From positions 1,017,133 through 1,081,132 of the forward strand of contig NMRA01000059.1 of assembly GCA_002633005.1 (NCBI GenBank): DNA of 64,000 nt. The letters run 5' to 3'. The first letter of the stretch is position 1. Each line of letters begins with the position of its first letter. A model generated the notes under the pieces. That model did not search any database, was not told where the DNA came from, and saw nothing but the letters and a program-made list of their open reading frames with translations. The DNA is from Phoronis australis. Lineage: Eukaryota; Animalia; Phoronida. Below are positions 1 to 14,900 of this stretch, piece after piece. Made by a program: the position numbers and the translations under genes.

Positions 1-200
1 CAAAATTTCATTTTTTTCGAAAAATTTACGGAATTAGACGATACCATCAGTTTATATAGAATTTTGAACGGGCTTTCAGAAGATGTTTTCCATTTTTCGC
101 TAGAACGTCTACTTTTCGAGTTATTTTAGATTTTCTGATAACGCTGTTCCTTTGTTGAGCGCTCTTACTGCATTGATGTAGGTTTATCTTCTATTGAACT

Positions 201-505
201 AGACTGTAGCCTATTTCTTATTGATTTATGACATCTAAGTTCATCATATGAATGTTGTGATGTTGTTCATCATCGCCACTACCATCATCATATTCGTCAT
301 CATCGTCATCATCTTCTTCATCATCTCCGTCGTTGTCTTTTCCGTTAATTTCGCCAAGTGTCGCACAAGACTGTAGCTTTTTTCTTACTGATTTCGGACT
401 TCTACGTTCGTCATGTGTATGTTATTAATACTTCTTTTGTTCACCATCGTCGTCATCTTCGTCATCATCTTTATCGTCATCTTTTTGGTTAATTTCGCCA
501 AGGTT
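201..505. repeat. Degenerate ~170-bp tandem duplication with (CAT/CGT)-rich low-complexity cores
   Basis: gactgtagc...gttaatttcgccaag occurs at 201-359 and again at 370-502. Confidence 0.6.
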
Positions 506-1934
506 CGCTCCTCGGAGCGCTTTCATTGCATTTTCAGCACTTGTGTGCCAACTTGGACTCCCCTATATAGGTACCTATGTTCTGTGTTAAAGAGTTGTGG
601 CCTACTGTCCCACGCTGTTATGGCAGGCAGATTGAGAAATGTTAGCCCTGAACCTTACCAGTGGTTGATAAATGTGTGGGCTGTAGTGACCAGTGTTGTG
701 GAAGGGTGTCACATGACCACGCCATTATCCTTGGCCACAACTTTACCTTGTGCCAGGTGCTGATGACATCTTTTTACTGGTGTTATCTGGAAAGGTTTGG
801 AAGTTTCTGCCCTCATAAGTTCTGTTTTCCTGTTGTTTGACATTCACTTTATTGAGTTGTGTGCGGTGGACAACTAGTTGTGATAGTGTTTTACAATGTG
901 CTGTGTTGGTAGCTTAGAGATCATAGCAACAGTTCTAACTATGTGGTTGTTTTCCAAGTGAACAGAACTACGTTAAAATTCAACAGTTTCATTGCACAAG
1001 TCTGCGACTAGATATTTGTTTCTTTTTTGATTTGAAAAATTTCAGTTCGAGCTAACTTTCAACAAAATCTTGACAAGTGTTGTTCTGCACACCTTGTCAA
1101 AATCTTGGCCTGCTGCAAATTCATTGACAAATAAATACTGTGGTGTAAAACAACCAAGCATTAATTTCTGACTCAAAGATTTCTACAAAAATACGATTTT
1201 ATTGGGACAAAATTTCGACTTAACTGCCATATAGTTCTGGCAAGAAGTTCATCCGGTTTCATAAATCTGGCAGAGTTCTATTGCTGTATGTCTAGTTTTT
1301 GTTTTTGAAAATTGTGCAATTTGAATAATTAGTGAATGCATTAAAATTGGCCATTGTTGACTGTACCTGTGGCCTTTTTGACCCAACTTGTATTCCTACT
1401 GCAATGTATCGGGTTTTGTCTGGCATTTATGCCCAAATTCATACTGTTTTCAAAAATTTTTGTTGCGTTCGCACTGTAGAGGATAAAGCAAGTTGCTGTA
1501 ATTTTCAAAGCTTTAATTAGCATTTTTTCAATGAACTTGTCTTAATTGTAGGATTAATGAGGAGATGGGCATTCTATAAACCCAAGACTCATCAAAAATC
1601 AAGACCACGCAAAATCATTCGAGTGAAAGGCGAGTTGAGCATGTTCGCGATGATATTAACGAGTGTTGGAGCTTCAGCAAATCAATGTGCTGGTCTGCCG
1701 GGCCAGTTACTTGAATATGAGACACATCTACATAGAGCCTATATGTGAAAGTTGACTGGCCCGGCTGCAAATCCACTGGCCCCTGGCCACCAGGCCAGTG
1801 TGTATTTTGAACGCTGATAATAACACAACCTAGAAATATGCCGACGAATAAAGTAACTTTTGTAAATTGTATTTAACTTTTTCCACCAACTTGGGATTGT
1901 CATGACGTGATCTCTATCTGAGTTTTTGATATCC

Positions 1935-2390
1935 ACTGCTGTATCTCACCACTTGCAGGATCTTAATGAGATTTTGCAGATGTATTCCTTAGAAGCTGCA
2001 ATTTTTCAGATAGATCTGACAAACATTGTGCCCCCTAGTGGCAATTAATTTTTTTCATTTTCCTCTGTTTGTCTCAGAAGTTCCTGGACCGATTTTCATG
2101 AACTTTGGTAAATAGCTTACTATTAAAAAATGACATATTCCTGTTTCAGGATGGATTTGATGTATTTTGCGCCATCTAGTGGCCATTTTGCTGTCTTGTC
2201 TGTTTTCTAGACTTTTTTCAAACCCTCTATCAACCACTCTAACATTTGTTCTTGCTGTGAAGAGGAGGGCTGATGATAATTTTCAGAGGCTCAAACTACT
2301 GGGGCGCATCCTAGTGGCATTAAGTTTGCATCAATTGTTGGGTATTCCAAACCCTCTAAAGGATCTTTATTAAATTTGGCAAGTGAGTGT
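1935..2390 (+). mobile_element. Unclassified interspersed repeat with recurring gcgccatctagtggc / gccccctagtggc modules
   Basis: Colinear similarity to 63270-63960 (caggatctt.atgagattt...gccccct.agtggcaatt...tctcagaagttc...ccatctagtggccatttt) and partly to 22340-22620. Confidence 0.6.
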
Positions 2391-4334
2391 ATAGTAAGAT
2401 TAGTGTATTGCAAACTGTGGATTATCCTAGAGTTTATTGTCCACATTTTGTTTAATACACACCCCAAACTGCCTGTGCGTAATATGTTTTTTGCTATATG
2501 ATAACATAACTGAATATGTTGTACACCTTTGACAATGTAGATTAGGCTAAAAAGTATTGTTTATTCTGGTATGTGTTCGAGTCAAAGTGTGGCATTTTTT
2601 GTTGCCCATTACCTTCAAAAAATAAAATCTTTCTGCGCAAAAATAAGGTGTTTTATTTACTTATCACCTGTCAAATCACAGCGTTTCAAGCCTTGTTGAC
2701 ATGCCTTTTTATGATGAAACCTTTGCTGAAATTGATCTCGCCGTCATTTTTGTCTTATAGTTAGTGACCACAGGACTCAAAATGACTTGGGTACAGACCA
2801 CAACCAATTGTACTTTGTTTAGTCTTGACCATCTTTTTTCTATTTCTGAAGCCACTTTTGTCAGTTTCTTGTTGGTATTGAGACTTCAATGGTAAAGGTT
2901 ATAGCAAACTTTTCAGAACATGTGAGCCTTAGGTGTCAAACCTGGCTGTAATTCGCATGTCATGAATAATTTTGTTCATTTCCTTGAATTTTAAGTATAG
3001 CTTCGAGTCATCTTCTGTTAGTTTCTTTCACTTGATCCTTACTCATGAAGTTAGGCTTTTGTATATTTAATATGGTGTGCCGCTGTCATGTAAGCCCTAT
3101 TCAGGATTATGATAAAAATTCTTCAGTTTTGGAAAATACTAGCTTAGTGTCCATATTTCTGTCTTTCATCGGTTCACCATGTCGTTGCAAATGCACAAAT
3201 TTTACCAATCTATTAAAATAGCTTCGCCATACAAACTGTGCTAAAAGCATTCATTTGTAAATTTTCCTAAAAATGTATTTTTGTTGAGAAATTCGACAAA
3301 ATTTTACCTGTCCACCATATTGTATCCCAAGCTGAAAAATTTTTTCGTTTGTGAATTACAGAAAAATCTCAGGTTATAAGAAATGGTTTTCTTTTCTTGG
3401 ACTGTGCAGTTTCTTCAGTAATATTACTGCGAAATTTATCGGGAAAGTTCTAATTTTCAGATACTGAAAACTTTTAAAGAATTAAAATTCTTACATTTAA
3501 AATTAGAGAGTCATATCAACAATTATGATTCTAATTACAGTATTGGCTGTTAAAAAGTGGTAACCTTATCTAAAATTATGGACTTGACCTAAAAAAAACA
3601 CTAATGTGCTTTTTTAAATCAAAAAAGTGTATCTTCACCCTTTTCTGATATTTTAATGATCTCGAGTTGTACGATATTATAACATTTTCATTGTTAGGTC
3701 AATCTGTTTATAAAAGAAATATCCCAACCCATTTCAGCTGCCATCAGGGAATGCTAGGAAAAAAATACTCACAACCCTTTGGTCGAACTGGCTTTACTTT
3801 CTTTTTGAAATTTTGACAGCCAAAATATACCGCATCAAGAATCGGTTTTCCAAAAGCCACAGAGGTCAAGCAGTTATGCTATTTTTTTGCTTAGGCTTTT
3901 ACAGAGGTTGTAGTCTCACGGTGAGATCGCTCCAAATTGCTATAAACATAATTGCCAGAATAGTTTGAAGTGCCATTTTTTCAAAACATTTTTGGTAGCT
4001 AGCTATGGTACAGAAGGTGAACACGGAAGAGCTTTTAAATTATAATTTGGAGCTTTTTGTCTTTTGAAAAATTTGAGTTATCTCCCGTTATGTTCTTAAT
4101 TGGTAAAATTTTGCTGCATCAATACTTTGTTTCATCATGACAAAAAAGCTTGAAGTGCTTGAAATTTAAATTGTACAAAATCATAAAATGTATTGCCATC
4201 ATACTTCATGAGTTTTTTCCTATTTTTAGTAAAACCTGCTTCATTTAATTATAGAAACTACAAAAATGTTTCTTCAATTTAGAAATACAAAATGGCAAAA
4301 TTGAAATTCTATTTTATAAAAAAATAAACAGGAA

Positions 4335-4570
4335 TAAACCTTTATTCATGATTTGTGCAGTACAGCTGTGATTAAGAAACACACACTGAAGTTTAAACCT
4401 TTATTCATTATTTGTGCAGTACAGCTGTGATTAAGAAACACACACTGAAGTTTAAACCTTTATTCATGATTTGTGCAGTACAGCTGTGATTAAGAAACAC
4501 ACACTGAAGTTTAAACCTTTATTCATGATTTGTGCAGTACAGCTGTGATTAAGAAACACAAACTGAAGTT
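4335..4570. repeat. Minisatellite, 4 x 59 bp
   Basis: Unit taaacctttattcatgatttgtgcagtacagctgtgattaagaaacacacactgaagtt at 4335, 4394, 4453 and 4512. Confidence 0.95.
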
Positions 4571-7500
4571 TTGTTTTTTTAAACAGTGTGATGAGCTTTG
4601 GAAAATGACAGTTTTATTCAAATTTGTGCAAACTTTGAAAGTAGAGGCCCTATTAATTACCAATTTTTAAAAAAACATTTTGATCTCAAAAGTGTTGACA
4701 AATTGTATATTGCTACCAAACTCATAAAAGTGATCCATATTAATGGGAAGTCTTATTTACCCACTTCTTGTGGGAAACCCTCCAATCTCTCCCCCACTTC
4801 TCCCCCAGCCTTTCAGTGTCCAGCCTCTTCCAGCCTGTCTCTCATGTCTCCCACAGAAGCCTTTCCTCCCAGCCACTCCCTCCCGCTCCTAGACTTCCCC
4901 TTCTAGTCTCCCCCCCACTCGGCACCCCTGGGTAGAGTAGTGTTCTATGGTCTCTGATCTTATATTCAGGTTGTGCTGCATCACATCAATATTGTATTGT
5001 GTCTCCAGACTGGGAGATCAACACAGCTAGCTCTGCTATAATTGTATCTAGTCGATGGAAGTTGACATTGCAAACCTTGGTGGCACTGTTTACACATGTT
5101 GGCTAAGTTCCTCAGCGCTTTCACCAGATATTATGGATTTTATCTTAGCCTACACCTGTCTAAAGGTTTTGTATCCACGCAATCAATTTGACCGCCACTC
5201 GCCTATTGTGTGTTGAGTCAGTTGGACTATTACTACTAGGGATGATGTTGTCGCGTGTCAATGCTTTGTATGTGAAACTGGTTCATGGATGATTATCATA
5301 CTTTACTTACCTGTGGACTGTGGAGAGATCAAACATTCTTAAGTTGTAATCAACGGCTGGTTAAAGTCCAAGTGATGTGGGAGTTCATCTAGAGACCTTG
5401 TCGAGCTCAGCTGTGTCTGGCTAACAAATTAGTTTTGGCGGCAAATATATGGCAAAGTAGCTGTACTCCTCTAATATCTTGCTACACACACGCACACGTG
5501 GACTGATTGATTAAGTGTTGTCAACAAAGAATTCTGAAATTCGGGTAAGCGGATTTGCATCGTTATTAATTGATTTGCGGCTATGAGTTGTGTTTACGTG
5601 ATAGGCCATAGTGCAGTTTATTGAGGGATGACAATTATGCATGCCTGGTACACATGTGTTGTGGTGCTCTACTTTTGTATGTTTTAAAACTATTTTCGCT
5701 GAGCTATCTGCAGTCTCCCCAGGCTTACAGGTATTTGGCACATTTTTGTTTGTGAAGCAGTGTGTGAACATATTATTCTGTTTGTACATAAATTAGGTGA
5801 AGAGCTATTCAGAGTTATTGTGTACACCAGTCTTGCCAGAATTGAGTGGCTTCTAGTATTATTGTGTATGGTCCCAATGTATCAGAAAGATGGTGGCTAT
5901 AGTTTTAAATTAAGAATGGTAATGCATTATATGATTCTGCTCATCTTTTGTGGAAAAAAATTTCATTTGACTGCCTTTTTATGTCCTAAATTGGCAATAT
6001 TTTACCATATCTGTTAAAGGGGTATTTAACCTTGCTTTCTGTCAAAAACTTTGATTTAGACTACTAAAATGGTTTCATCGTATTTCTTACGCAATTTCGA
6101 AGTGTTCTTCGGACTTGGGAAGAGACTAGTGTTCATTGTTGTTGCATCTGATCTGGCTCAATAAATTTCAGGTCACTGTGCGAATATGTTGGGTCAAACT
6201 TTGTCTAAGTGAATTATTGTAACCAATTTCACTTCTGACGCATGACAGGCTGCCAATAATGACATTTTGGAGGCGTAAATATGCCTAGAACTGGAAGGTT
6301 GTTTTGAACACGGGAAAACGGTTTTTCGCCGCTTTAACGATGTTGTGTTGGTATATTGTTGTCTTATTGGTTTACTTCCATGCGGTCTCAACAAAGGCAG
6401 CGATAGTTGTTGTGGTCAGGTTCATGGTGGCAGTCTTTCCATAGAGGAGTTAATATGGACAGGTCAAATTTTTATCTGGTCAGCTACTGTCACAGGTAGG
6501 CAATTTGGCTTTTTCGACTTTGAAATATTGTCTCTGGTGAGTTGTTTCATGAGGCTTTTAAAATTGACTTTGTGGTTTTGTGTCGTACGTGTAACTTGGT
6601 TTTTTGACTTGGTAATTCTTGGGTAGGTACAATTTTGGCTTCCCTAATTTCCATGTGATGCACAGGTCTAGATCTGGAATGCACAGTGGCGCGGGAGGAC
6701 GGGCTCTACCCGTTATGTGGAAGAGAACACATGGAGTTATTGCCAACGTCTTACGATATGGTCATTGTCTGTACTAATCTCATAATTGAGAAGGAGGATA
6801 TGAATAATTGAATACAACAATTTCTCATTCCTGGCTCCTTGAAAAATTAACCATGTCTTGTCATACCTCATATTCTATGTTGAAGTTTGTTCATGTTCGT
6901 TCAATGGGTTTCATGGGCACCGTAGTCAGTGGAGGACAAGCATTTTACCGCCATACTGTGCATGATGGAAACAGTGCCCAATAGACACATCTCCAGATTT
7001 CTCTGCGGTCTTTGAAAATTGGTACGATAAAATGTCATTGATAATTACCATGATTGTTCTTCATTTTTAAAAGTTTCTAGCATTGTTCTGAATTCTCACA
7101 TTTTTTTAGAATATTGGTACAGAACTTGATTATGGTAAAAGCAATGGTTTGGTTTCAGTTGCATTCAAGAAACAGTGGGAAGATAAAAGTGACCACATTG
7201 TGTTCTAGGTAATAGTCACTTACTGGGGTGCTGCTGTTATAGAACCAGTTTGTTGCCAGCCATATTGAGTGGAGAAAGCTGGTTCTCAAAATATGGTACT
7301 CCGGTCAGATGACTTGTTACCGTGTTCTAAATTTGCAAGATTTTGTTACAGTTAATGTTTTCAGTTTTGTTTGCAAAATGGTAGACAACTGGAAATTTCT
7401 TGTCTAATTTTTGGAATAAAGCAGATTTTTGTAAAATTTTTGTTTTATGGTTAACATGACTTGTCTACTATTCTTGCCGAATTTTGGTCATATTTGTGTC

Positions 7501-7856
7501 ATTTTTACATTTCAAGCCTTTGGTCTGTAGGAAAATAGTAATCTTGGCCACTCCTGTGACCTCATATCCATTGAGTGTCAATTGTTGCTGTAGTTAGCTG
7601 GACTCTGCTATATATGTAAACTTAATTCTAATTGTGATATCAGCAGAAGTTGTTGCTGTGCACCTAAGGATTGCAGTCACAGTTGTGACCAAGTTAGACA
7701 AGTTAAAAAATACCTTTTGTTTTCTTCACTCATTAAAATGTGCCTTCTGTTGAGTATAGCACCACTGCCAACAGATGTCCACAGATGTCACTTTTTCTTA
7801 CTTTGCAGCCCTGAATGAAGACCAAATTGTGACATGTGGCTGATGAAAGCAGTTTG

Positions 7857-7859
<3 letters not shown>

Positions 7860-7897
<38 letters not shown>

Positions 7898-7924
7898 CAT
7901 GTGTGCGTGCGTGCGCGTGTGTGC
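7860..7924. repeat. (TG)n / (TGCG)n microsatellite about 500 bp upstream of the ATG
   Basis: Directly visible alternating purine-pyrimidine run. Confidence 0.95.
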
Positions 7925-8427
7925 AAGAGTACATCACCTGAGTTGATCTGAGTGCTCATTGAGTGCTCACGTCACAGTTATCCCTTCAACCTTCTCAGCC
8001 TTTAACACTGTGTGGACAATGCGATACTTGGAAATGAATCAATTGGGCTTCATTTATACAAGATGTGTTGTCTTCAGGATTCAGTGGCACATTTGAGGCA
8101 GATATGGGCAGGTTAACATTGAATAATGTACTTGACTTGAAGGAATAGATATAAGGTAATCGTCAATATTCAGTTCATTTACACTGCTTATTGCAGACGT
8201 TCATCGCTGCCAGTTTTGGGTTAAAACTGATGTTGTGTATTGTTACAGAATTGTGAGGTTGGGGAAGTTTGACCAGAGATATCATGTGGTGCTTCAGACC
8301 ATCTCGCTGTTGAACCATTTATGAATAGATCGGTGATGCAATGGCAACATAATGTTTTGCCACACTGCTGGTGGTAATTGTACGTGGAGATCGCTGGGAG
8401 TAGTCACGTGATAACGTGCAGTGGCGT

Positions 8428-8744
8428 ATGTCTACGCTTGGCCTCACTATGGGCTTGTCGAGGCAAGACAGTAAGAACTCTGGCGAGATGGCCGTGGAAA
8501 TGGGGGAGCTGTTGCGCAAGAACAATCGCTCGTCGTCAATGGCAACAATTGAAGGTGATCTGCCTTCGAGCGCCAATTCATGGGTCGACTTCAAGCCATC
8601 TAATCAGCTACTTGAACGTAGTTTGGCTGCAAAGTATAACTTAGCACGCCACAAAGTGGCGCCAAAAGCCACGATTCAGGGACGTGTGTATAATTTTCTG
8701 GAGCGGCCGACGGGATGGAAGTGTTTTATCTATCATTTCACTGT
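8428..8744 (+). CDS. KCNQ1: KCNQ1-like K+ channel, coding exon 1 (cytoplasmic N-terminus to start of S1)
   Basis: First ATG after an in-frame TAG at 8401. Encodes ...[24 protein letters not shown], near-identical to the human KCNQ1 pre-S1 motif [24 protein letters not shown]. Donor GT|GTAAGT at 8745, phase 2. ATG 8449 is an alternative start. Confidence 0.9.
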
Positions 8745-10809
8745 GTAAGTAATTCTTTTGTTTTGCAGTTATGAGTGAATATCTACAATGTTTTTCCCAA
8801 GAAAGTATTTAAGTTTCTCAAGGGGTTAAGTTGTATTGGAAACGTTATATAATAATCTTCACCATTTGCATTAACTATTCCTGAACTTATTACTTCGGAG
8901 ACATGTTTTAGCAATCAACTTTTATGCATTTGCAGTGCTTCTTCGCCTCGTGGTCAAGTGAAATTTTTTTTTGCAATTTCTCAACGAAAATCAAAATTAA
9001 GAAAGATTTAGTCCATTATTAGCATGGGTTGATGTCTCGATGTCGCAAAACAACGTTTGGCAAAGCTTTTAGTATAGAAAGCAGGGCAATCAGCCTTTGA
9101 AAAAAATGGCGATTTTGGCAATTATTTTAGTGCAAAATGAGCAAAAAATTACCTTACCCATGAAAAGATTCATATACCATATTCATCTGGGCTAACGTTC
9201 ACTTGTGGCTAGTAACACCCAAGCCCCGAAGTTTCCCAATTCTTTACTTTTAATCACCCAGTTTATTAACATACCATTTGTAAAATTTAGGCTTATTGTA
9301 GCTCCCTGACCGCCAACTTAGAAATTGCATGCGAGTTGCTTACCTGAGACTACCAAACAGCACATTGGCTATAGTTTGCTGTTTTTGTTGTATATAGCTT
9401 CGGTATTCAGAGCTCTCTAAGGGTTGGGCTAACAGCCATTTTTCAATACAGTTGTGACAAGAGGAAACACGAGTTAACTCAGTTGTAGGGTTTGCTGTTC
9501 CTCTTCCACGGGGATTTAATGCTGTCGGATTTCCCAGGATTTTTATGAATTCAGTGCGAAGCGCCATCAAATTGCCTTTTCAGTGTGTTGAGATATTCCC
9601 AGAAAACTGTCCAAATTAGCAAAATGCCGGAAAGAAACTGTTTTTCCCATCCAAGCCAAATTGGCTTGTCTTGCACACCATAGAGATTTTGTCATGGGAA
9701 TACCATAATCGATTTTGTGCATTCACAACTCTAAAGAGGTGTGCAGTTTAAGACAAAATACTGTTAACCTATCATGATGACTAGTTCTTTGAACAGCTAC
9801 AATGACTGCTAGTAACTATTAAGACGGCAAAATTTTAATTACAAAGTGGATTCGTCACCTCACATACTTTCTTGTTATTTCCCCTTCATATTGGGTCATC
9901 AGGGGAGACTACTCTTGTGATGAATTTCTTGGCTTCCACCATGCAATGATTCCTATCTTGTTGTTTGGGTTAACACTCATCCCTGACTTTTGGAGAAGTT
10001 TGTTTTTATATGCCTCAGCTCAGTTTACTTGATTCTTGGTTTCTCTATCGAAAATATCTTTGTTGCTGGCTTGTGTGAAAGCAGTAGTTTCTCCCAGGAT
10101 TCACAGTCATATTGTGAGCTGTATATCACCATAATTTTAATCAGTGTTGCTTACCCTCATGTTTTGCAACCATCTCTGCAAAAAATACTGACTAGCTTAA
10201 AACGGCAAGCTCACGCAATCGTACAAGAGATTCACTACATTTGGAGATTTTTGTACTTTAGGTAAAGATGTCTCCAAGTACTGCAAGTGCAAAACTAAAT
10301 GGTTTCCAAATTTAACATAGTTTTGCAAGCGTTTAAACGAAAAAAGTTGTGTATTTCTTAGCCAGTCAGATGCTCGAAACGTTAGCTCCTTTCCGAGCTC
10401 GACCTCCCGCGTCTTCACATCTCCCTGGTGTGACATCCGTTTAAGTAATATTCACCCAATACTAATACAGGGCACAGTTGTTGCACATTCCCAGTAGTTA
10501 GCAGATGTGACAATTTACTCTGGGATCTTCCTCATTAAAAATGTCCTTTCGTGAATACTGGAAGGAGAAATGAGGACCACTGAGTATTCCTCATTAAAAC
10601 CATCCTTTCTTGAATATTGGAAGGAGAACGGAGGACCATCGGCTTCTTTGTTTTCTTTGTTGTTAGGTGATAATTGGTCACATTCTAAACAGAGTTATGA
10701 TAGCCCAACAATCCAAGGGTGAACAATTTTTGGAGGCCAAAACAGTTGATGCCGGTGAGTACCTCTCAAGGCTATGCAGGACTCACAAAAAGGTCCAAAT
10801 GTGGCTAAT

Positions 10810-11257
10810 TTAAGAACATCGTATAGTCGGCTTTATGTGGTGTTCTCTAAAACGTTGTTAGGAACTGTTGGTGAAAGTGTTTCACTTCTGGCTGAGGTAA
10901 TAGAACTTTCTGGATTTTTATGAAAAAAATGTAAAGACACATTATACCGAAATGACAATTTAGAAAACAGTAATGATGTTTTTGAGATTTTGTCTTGAAC
11001 GTTTATATCAAGCAAAGTTTGGTCATTTTATTGATGAAGATGTTTTGCTAAGAATGTTCATTTTTGCAGAACTTCACTAAAAACATGGTCTTGTGACCCA
11101 ATTGATAGCAGACTGACACTAAATCAAAATTCAAAAAAAACAAACAGGCTCTCTATTCAGAAAAATGTAAAATGTACTTTTATTGAATTAAAATGTTAAC
11201 TTTCATAGATATTGTACTCTATACATAGGCTTCCTGATAAAGTCCTACATGATCTTA
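10810..11257. mobile_element. Old TTAA-bounded MITE (Kolobok- or piggyBac-type ends); relatives near 20800-21120 and 26100-26591
   Basis: ttaagaacatcgta...cctacatgatcttaa ends. Shared core acatg....gtgacccaatt.at.gcaga.tg at about 11085, 20967 and 26427. Confidence 0.45.
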
Positions 11258-13980
11258 AGTAATTAAGAATTAGGGTAACAATGTGTGTCTGATGGAAAAT
11301 TTTTCAGAAAAGTTTGAATATGGGTCAAAAACGTGTCAGTGTCAGTTGAGCTCGATTAATCCCCTGCGAACTTTAAAGTGATCTATTATATAAAATGCAA
11401 CGTTCACACAAACCCCATCTTCCCCGCACCTTCGTTGTGTCCACTTGGGCACCGCTGTGGTCCAGGTCATACACCGGGCCCTCTAGTTCAAATTAATGCC
11501 ATTCTGGCCATCACAGCACAAATAATACCCATGTTTCACAAGGACAGGCAGATGCATTAACTTTTTTTGCAAACAAAATTGCATTACAATGGAATAATAG
11601 TTTGCGGTCTTGTCCTGTTCTGCTACATACTTGTTGAGCTACTTGGACAGTGGTACCAGTGAGTGTTATGTAACCGGTTGGTTTTGAATCCTCATAATAG
11701 TCACATTTAGTACTGTGTCCATGAATTCTGTTTCAAGTTTGTTGCGCTTAGTTTTGTGTTACCGCTTTCAACCAGTTTGCAGCACCACTGTTTTAAGGAA
11801 AAGATCTTTGGCGGTCTTGCGTGACTCTTGTATTTGAGATGTTGTTCTTGTGTTTTTGATCTGTGAAATGCTTGTAATTGCTTGTAAAATACTGACATGT
11901 AAAACATGGAGTAGTCTTTGAGTGGCTGGGACTGTGTGAAAAAACACCTGCGTGCGCTTTTTGGGGCATGTGCGCTAAATTGGTTGGGTATGGAACTATC
12001 TTTGTTGGTTATCTATAGTTTTGAAATCTCGCCAATTTCAGACAAAAGGAATAAGGAGAAATGTGTTTTTTTCATTTTTCAAAAATTGCTTTGAATGCCT
12101 ACAATTTTTCAAAATATGTTCTGCGGGTTGCTATGGTACAGAACTTCGGTATGACAAAACATCTTTCTGGTACAGCATATCATTTATGAAAAAAATGACA
12201 AAGCATAATTTCACCTGTCCCCCTTTTTCTGTCCTAAATTGATGAGATTTTATCATACCTCTAGAGAGTTGATCAGAATCGAACTAAATCCTGGGTAAGG
12301 TTGTACAGCTGCTGGCACAATTGTCAACTTCCTGTCGTCTAACTTTCGGTCAGCTTAATTTGCAGAAACTTGCCAATCGACTGTGGAGGCTTTGTTGAAG
12401 CAGAAGCAGCACTCTGTTTTTTGTTTGTTCTTTGCTATAGAGTTTCTCCTCTGTGTGGTTCATTTTGCAAAATTCTGTCTCAAATTTCTCTCATGTCATT
12501 AAGTAATTTGCTAATGATTGCTGGTTCTGTTTTGCTTTTCAGAAACAGGTTATTAGAAAAATGTAGTTTGATGCACAGTGCTCAGACAGATGTCAGATTT
12601 TAATGAACTTTCTATGAATATCATCAGTTGATAACTGGTGCTGTCCTATTTTGCTGTAGCCAGTACAATGATCTGTAATAGCGTGCTATTTTGAAGACCA
12701 AAGGCCCGTTCCCACTTATGTTGACGGTTTGGGATTCGGTCAGTGGGAATGCTTATAATTGGTCTTAGATCAAAGTTGAAAGCACAGGTTTACTTCGAAG
12801 TTGGACTTAAAGCCTTAAACCGTAACACCAGTAAATTTGGTTTCTACAGTATGGTAAGAGCATCGCTCTGAGCCTACTAGTATCATAAATTGTCAAATGT
12901 AACGAACTGTCAGGCGTATTGGCTTGATTTTGCCTATGTCACCACGAGAATCACTTTTTAATTCAAACGGCTCCGAATAACATCCGCACGCAATGGTGTC
13001 CTTTTCAGCCCCCTATTCAATACAACTGTTATCAGTTTTTTATTGTTTCGCCAGGGATTTCGCGGTGACGCAATATGGTACGAAAAGGCAGCTTCACCTA
13101 TCATTTGACGGGCCTACATTTCCATGCTCAAATTTGCATTCTCTTATATTGCTAAGGCTTTGCTAGGACTACCTGGTTAACACAGTACATCTAAAATAAC
13201 AAAATTCCATTGAAGTTAGGCTTTAACAGTGCAGCATGGATGTTTTGTTACACTGAGAACTTTTGGTGTCACAGATGTCACTGTCAATTATGGCACGATT
13301 TGGTGTCAAGGGCAGTTGGTCCCAAGAGTCAGGCATGTTGGTAAACATCATTTATTATTAATCATCAAAATCCAGTTTCGTTATATAGCCATGGTGGTCC
13401 CAAGTGACATCAACTATATTTCTGATCTAGTTTTTGTGCATGTCACTAGTCCCAGTCATTACATGTCACTAGTCCCAATTGTCTAAGCAAAGTCAGCCTG
13501 CTCACCAATTATTGAGTCGTAAAATTTAATATAGCTTTTAATTGCCATGCTTAAAGGGATGGGGTGATGGCTGAACAACACAAAACTATGGTTTGAGAAG
13601 TTCTATACCACAGCTAAAAGCAAACCTTTTCAGACCCCAGTGCGATAGTAGACTAGTAATGGCAAGTTCATAAAATGCTTTTGATCTGACTATGACATCA
13701 TTACCAGACAGTCAACCATTTTCGTTCTGATTTGTGTGTGTGGCTTGTACACCAGTCTCTGTGTTTAACTGACGGATGGTGGAACATATCACTAGTGCGT
13801 TGGTCTATCATTTTTGTTCCGATAATAAAATTTGGGGTAGGCCGCCTAACTCTTTGTCTTTGTCTTTAGAGTAATAAACCGAAACCCTGGTTAGATATGT
13901 CGTTATTTACTTAGCGCTAATTTTAAAGTTTGTGCTTCTTTGTCGCAAAGGACATTATCAGCTTGTCCCATATTTGCAGT

Positions 13981-14124
13981 ACCATATAACAGGACTGATC
14001 AATGGTTGGGGTAAGGACCATATAACAGGACTGATCAATGGTCGGGGTAAGGACCATATAACAGGACTGATCAATGGTCGGGGTAAGGACCATACAACAG
14101 GACTGATCAATGGTCGGGGTAAGG
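13981..14124. repeat. Minisatellite, 4 x 36 bp
   Basis: Unit accatataacaggactgatcaatggtcggggtaagg; explains the repetitive ORFs 13923-14150 and 13932-14168. Confidence 0.95.
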
Positions 14125-14584
14125 AGTCTTTTCCAATTTTTTATAGTCATATAGGCTTATCAAGTTAGAAACAGCCAGGGAGTACTATCTTTAAGTGGAA
14201 AGGGTAATCTAGACAAATAACATAGAAGTAAAAGTGCTTAATCTTAATAAAGTATAATTAAAGCAGAGATCATTTAAAAAAACCTATGTGTTACTTGACC
14301 TCTAAATCTATGGGTTATGTTAAATGGATCAAATCATAATCTTGTCTTGTTGAATTATGTACATCAATTTGTGATAATCATCTTCAACCCACACAAGCAT
14401 TAATTGTACTTGGTTTCAGGTCCTTAGAGTAATTTGTAGAATTAGCAGCTCCAGGTCATCTTTGTGAAAATGGAGGTTTTTAAAAGTGGTCTTTTGTGGC
14501 TTAACATTCAGATAAATAAAAGTTAATGGCGTTTGATATTAATTTTACTATAAACATGATGCCTGTCAAAATTTAAATTTTGGT

Positions 14585-14900
14585 TTAAGGGGAACTTGCA
14601 GGGTAATTACTGATCTCTGTTATTGTTTGGCCAAATTAGGTAGAAACACTATATATAGCGACGATGAAGTAGGTTGAAAATTCCCCAGTCATTTTGAAAA
14701 CGAAGTTTTGTGGCGAAGATTATCCTCCGCAAATCACTGAACCGTGTCAAGTAAGTATCCTGCAGTGGGGAATAACCCTGCATGATTTGGTCTATCGGAG
14801 CCTGCGAGATACGTCATTAGTGCAAAGGTCACCTATTTGCAGAATTTTTTGTTTTCTCATTTACAAATTCTCAATGAATACTGCACTTTGTTTAGTGTAG
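14585..14900 (+). mobile_element. Interspersed repeat fragment; inverted relative at about 33700-34028
   Basis: tacgtcattagtgcaaaggtcacctatttgcagaattttt (about 14810) is the reverse complement, with mismatches, of aaaaattctgcaaacaggtgatctttgcactaatgacgta (about 33752). Outer ends are TTAA. Confidence 0.55.

Noticed and set aside
413-763. 116-aa hydrophobic ORF
   Set aside because: The hydrophobic N-terminus comes from a (CAT/CGT) low-complexity repeat; no recognisable domain.
7790-8427. Promoter or 5' UTR assignment
   Set aside because: No clear core promoter. Acceptor-like sites at about 7808 and 8248 suggest a possible upstream non-coding exon but cannot be resolved without transcripts.
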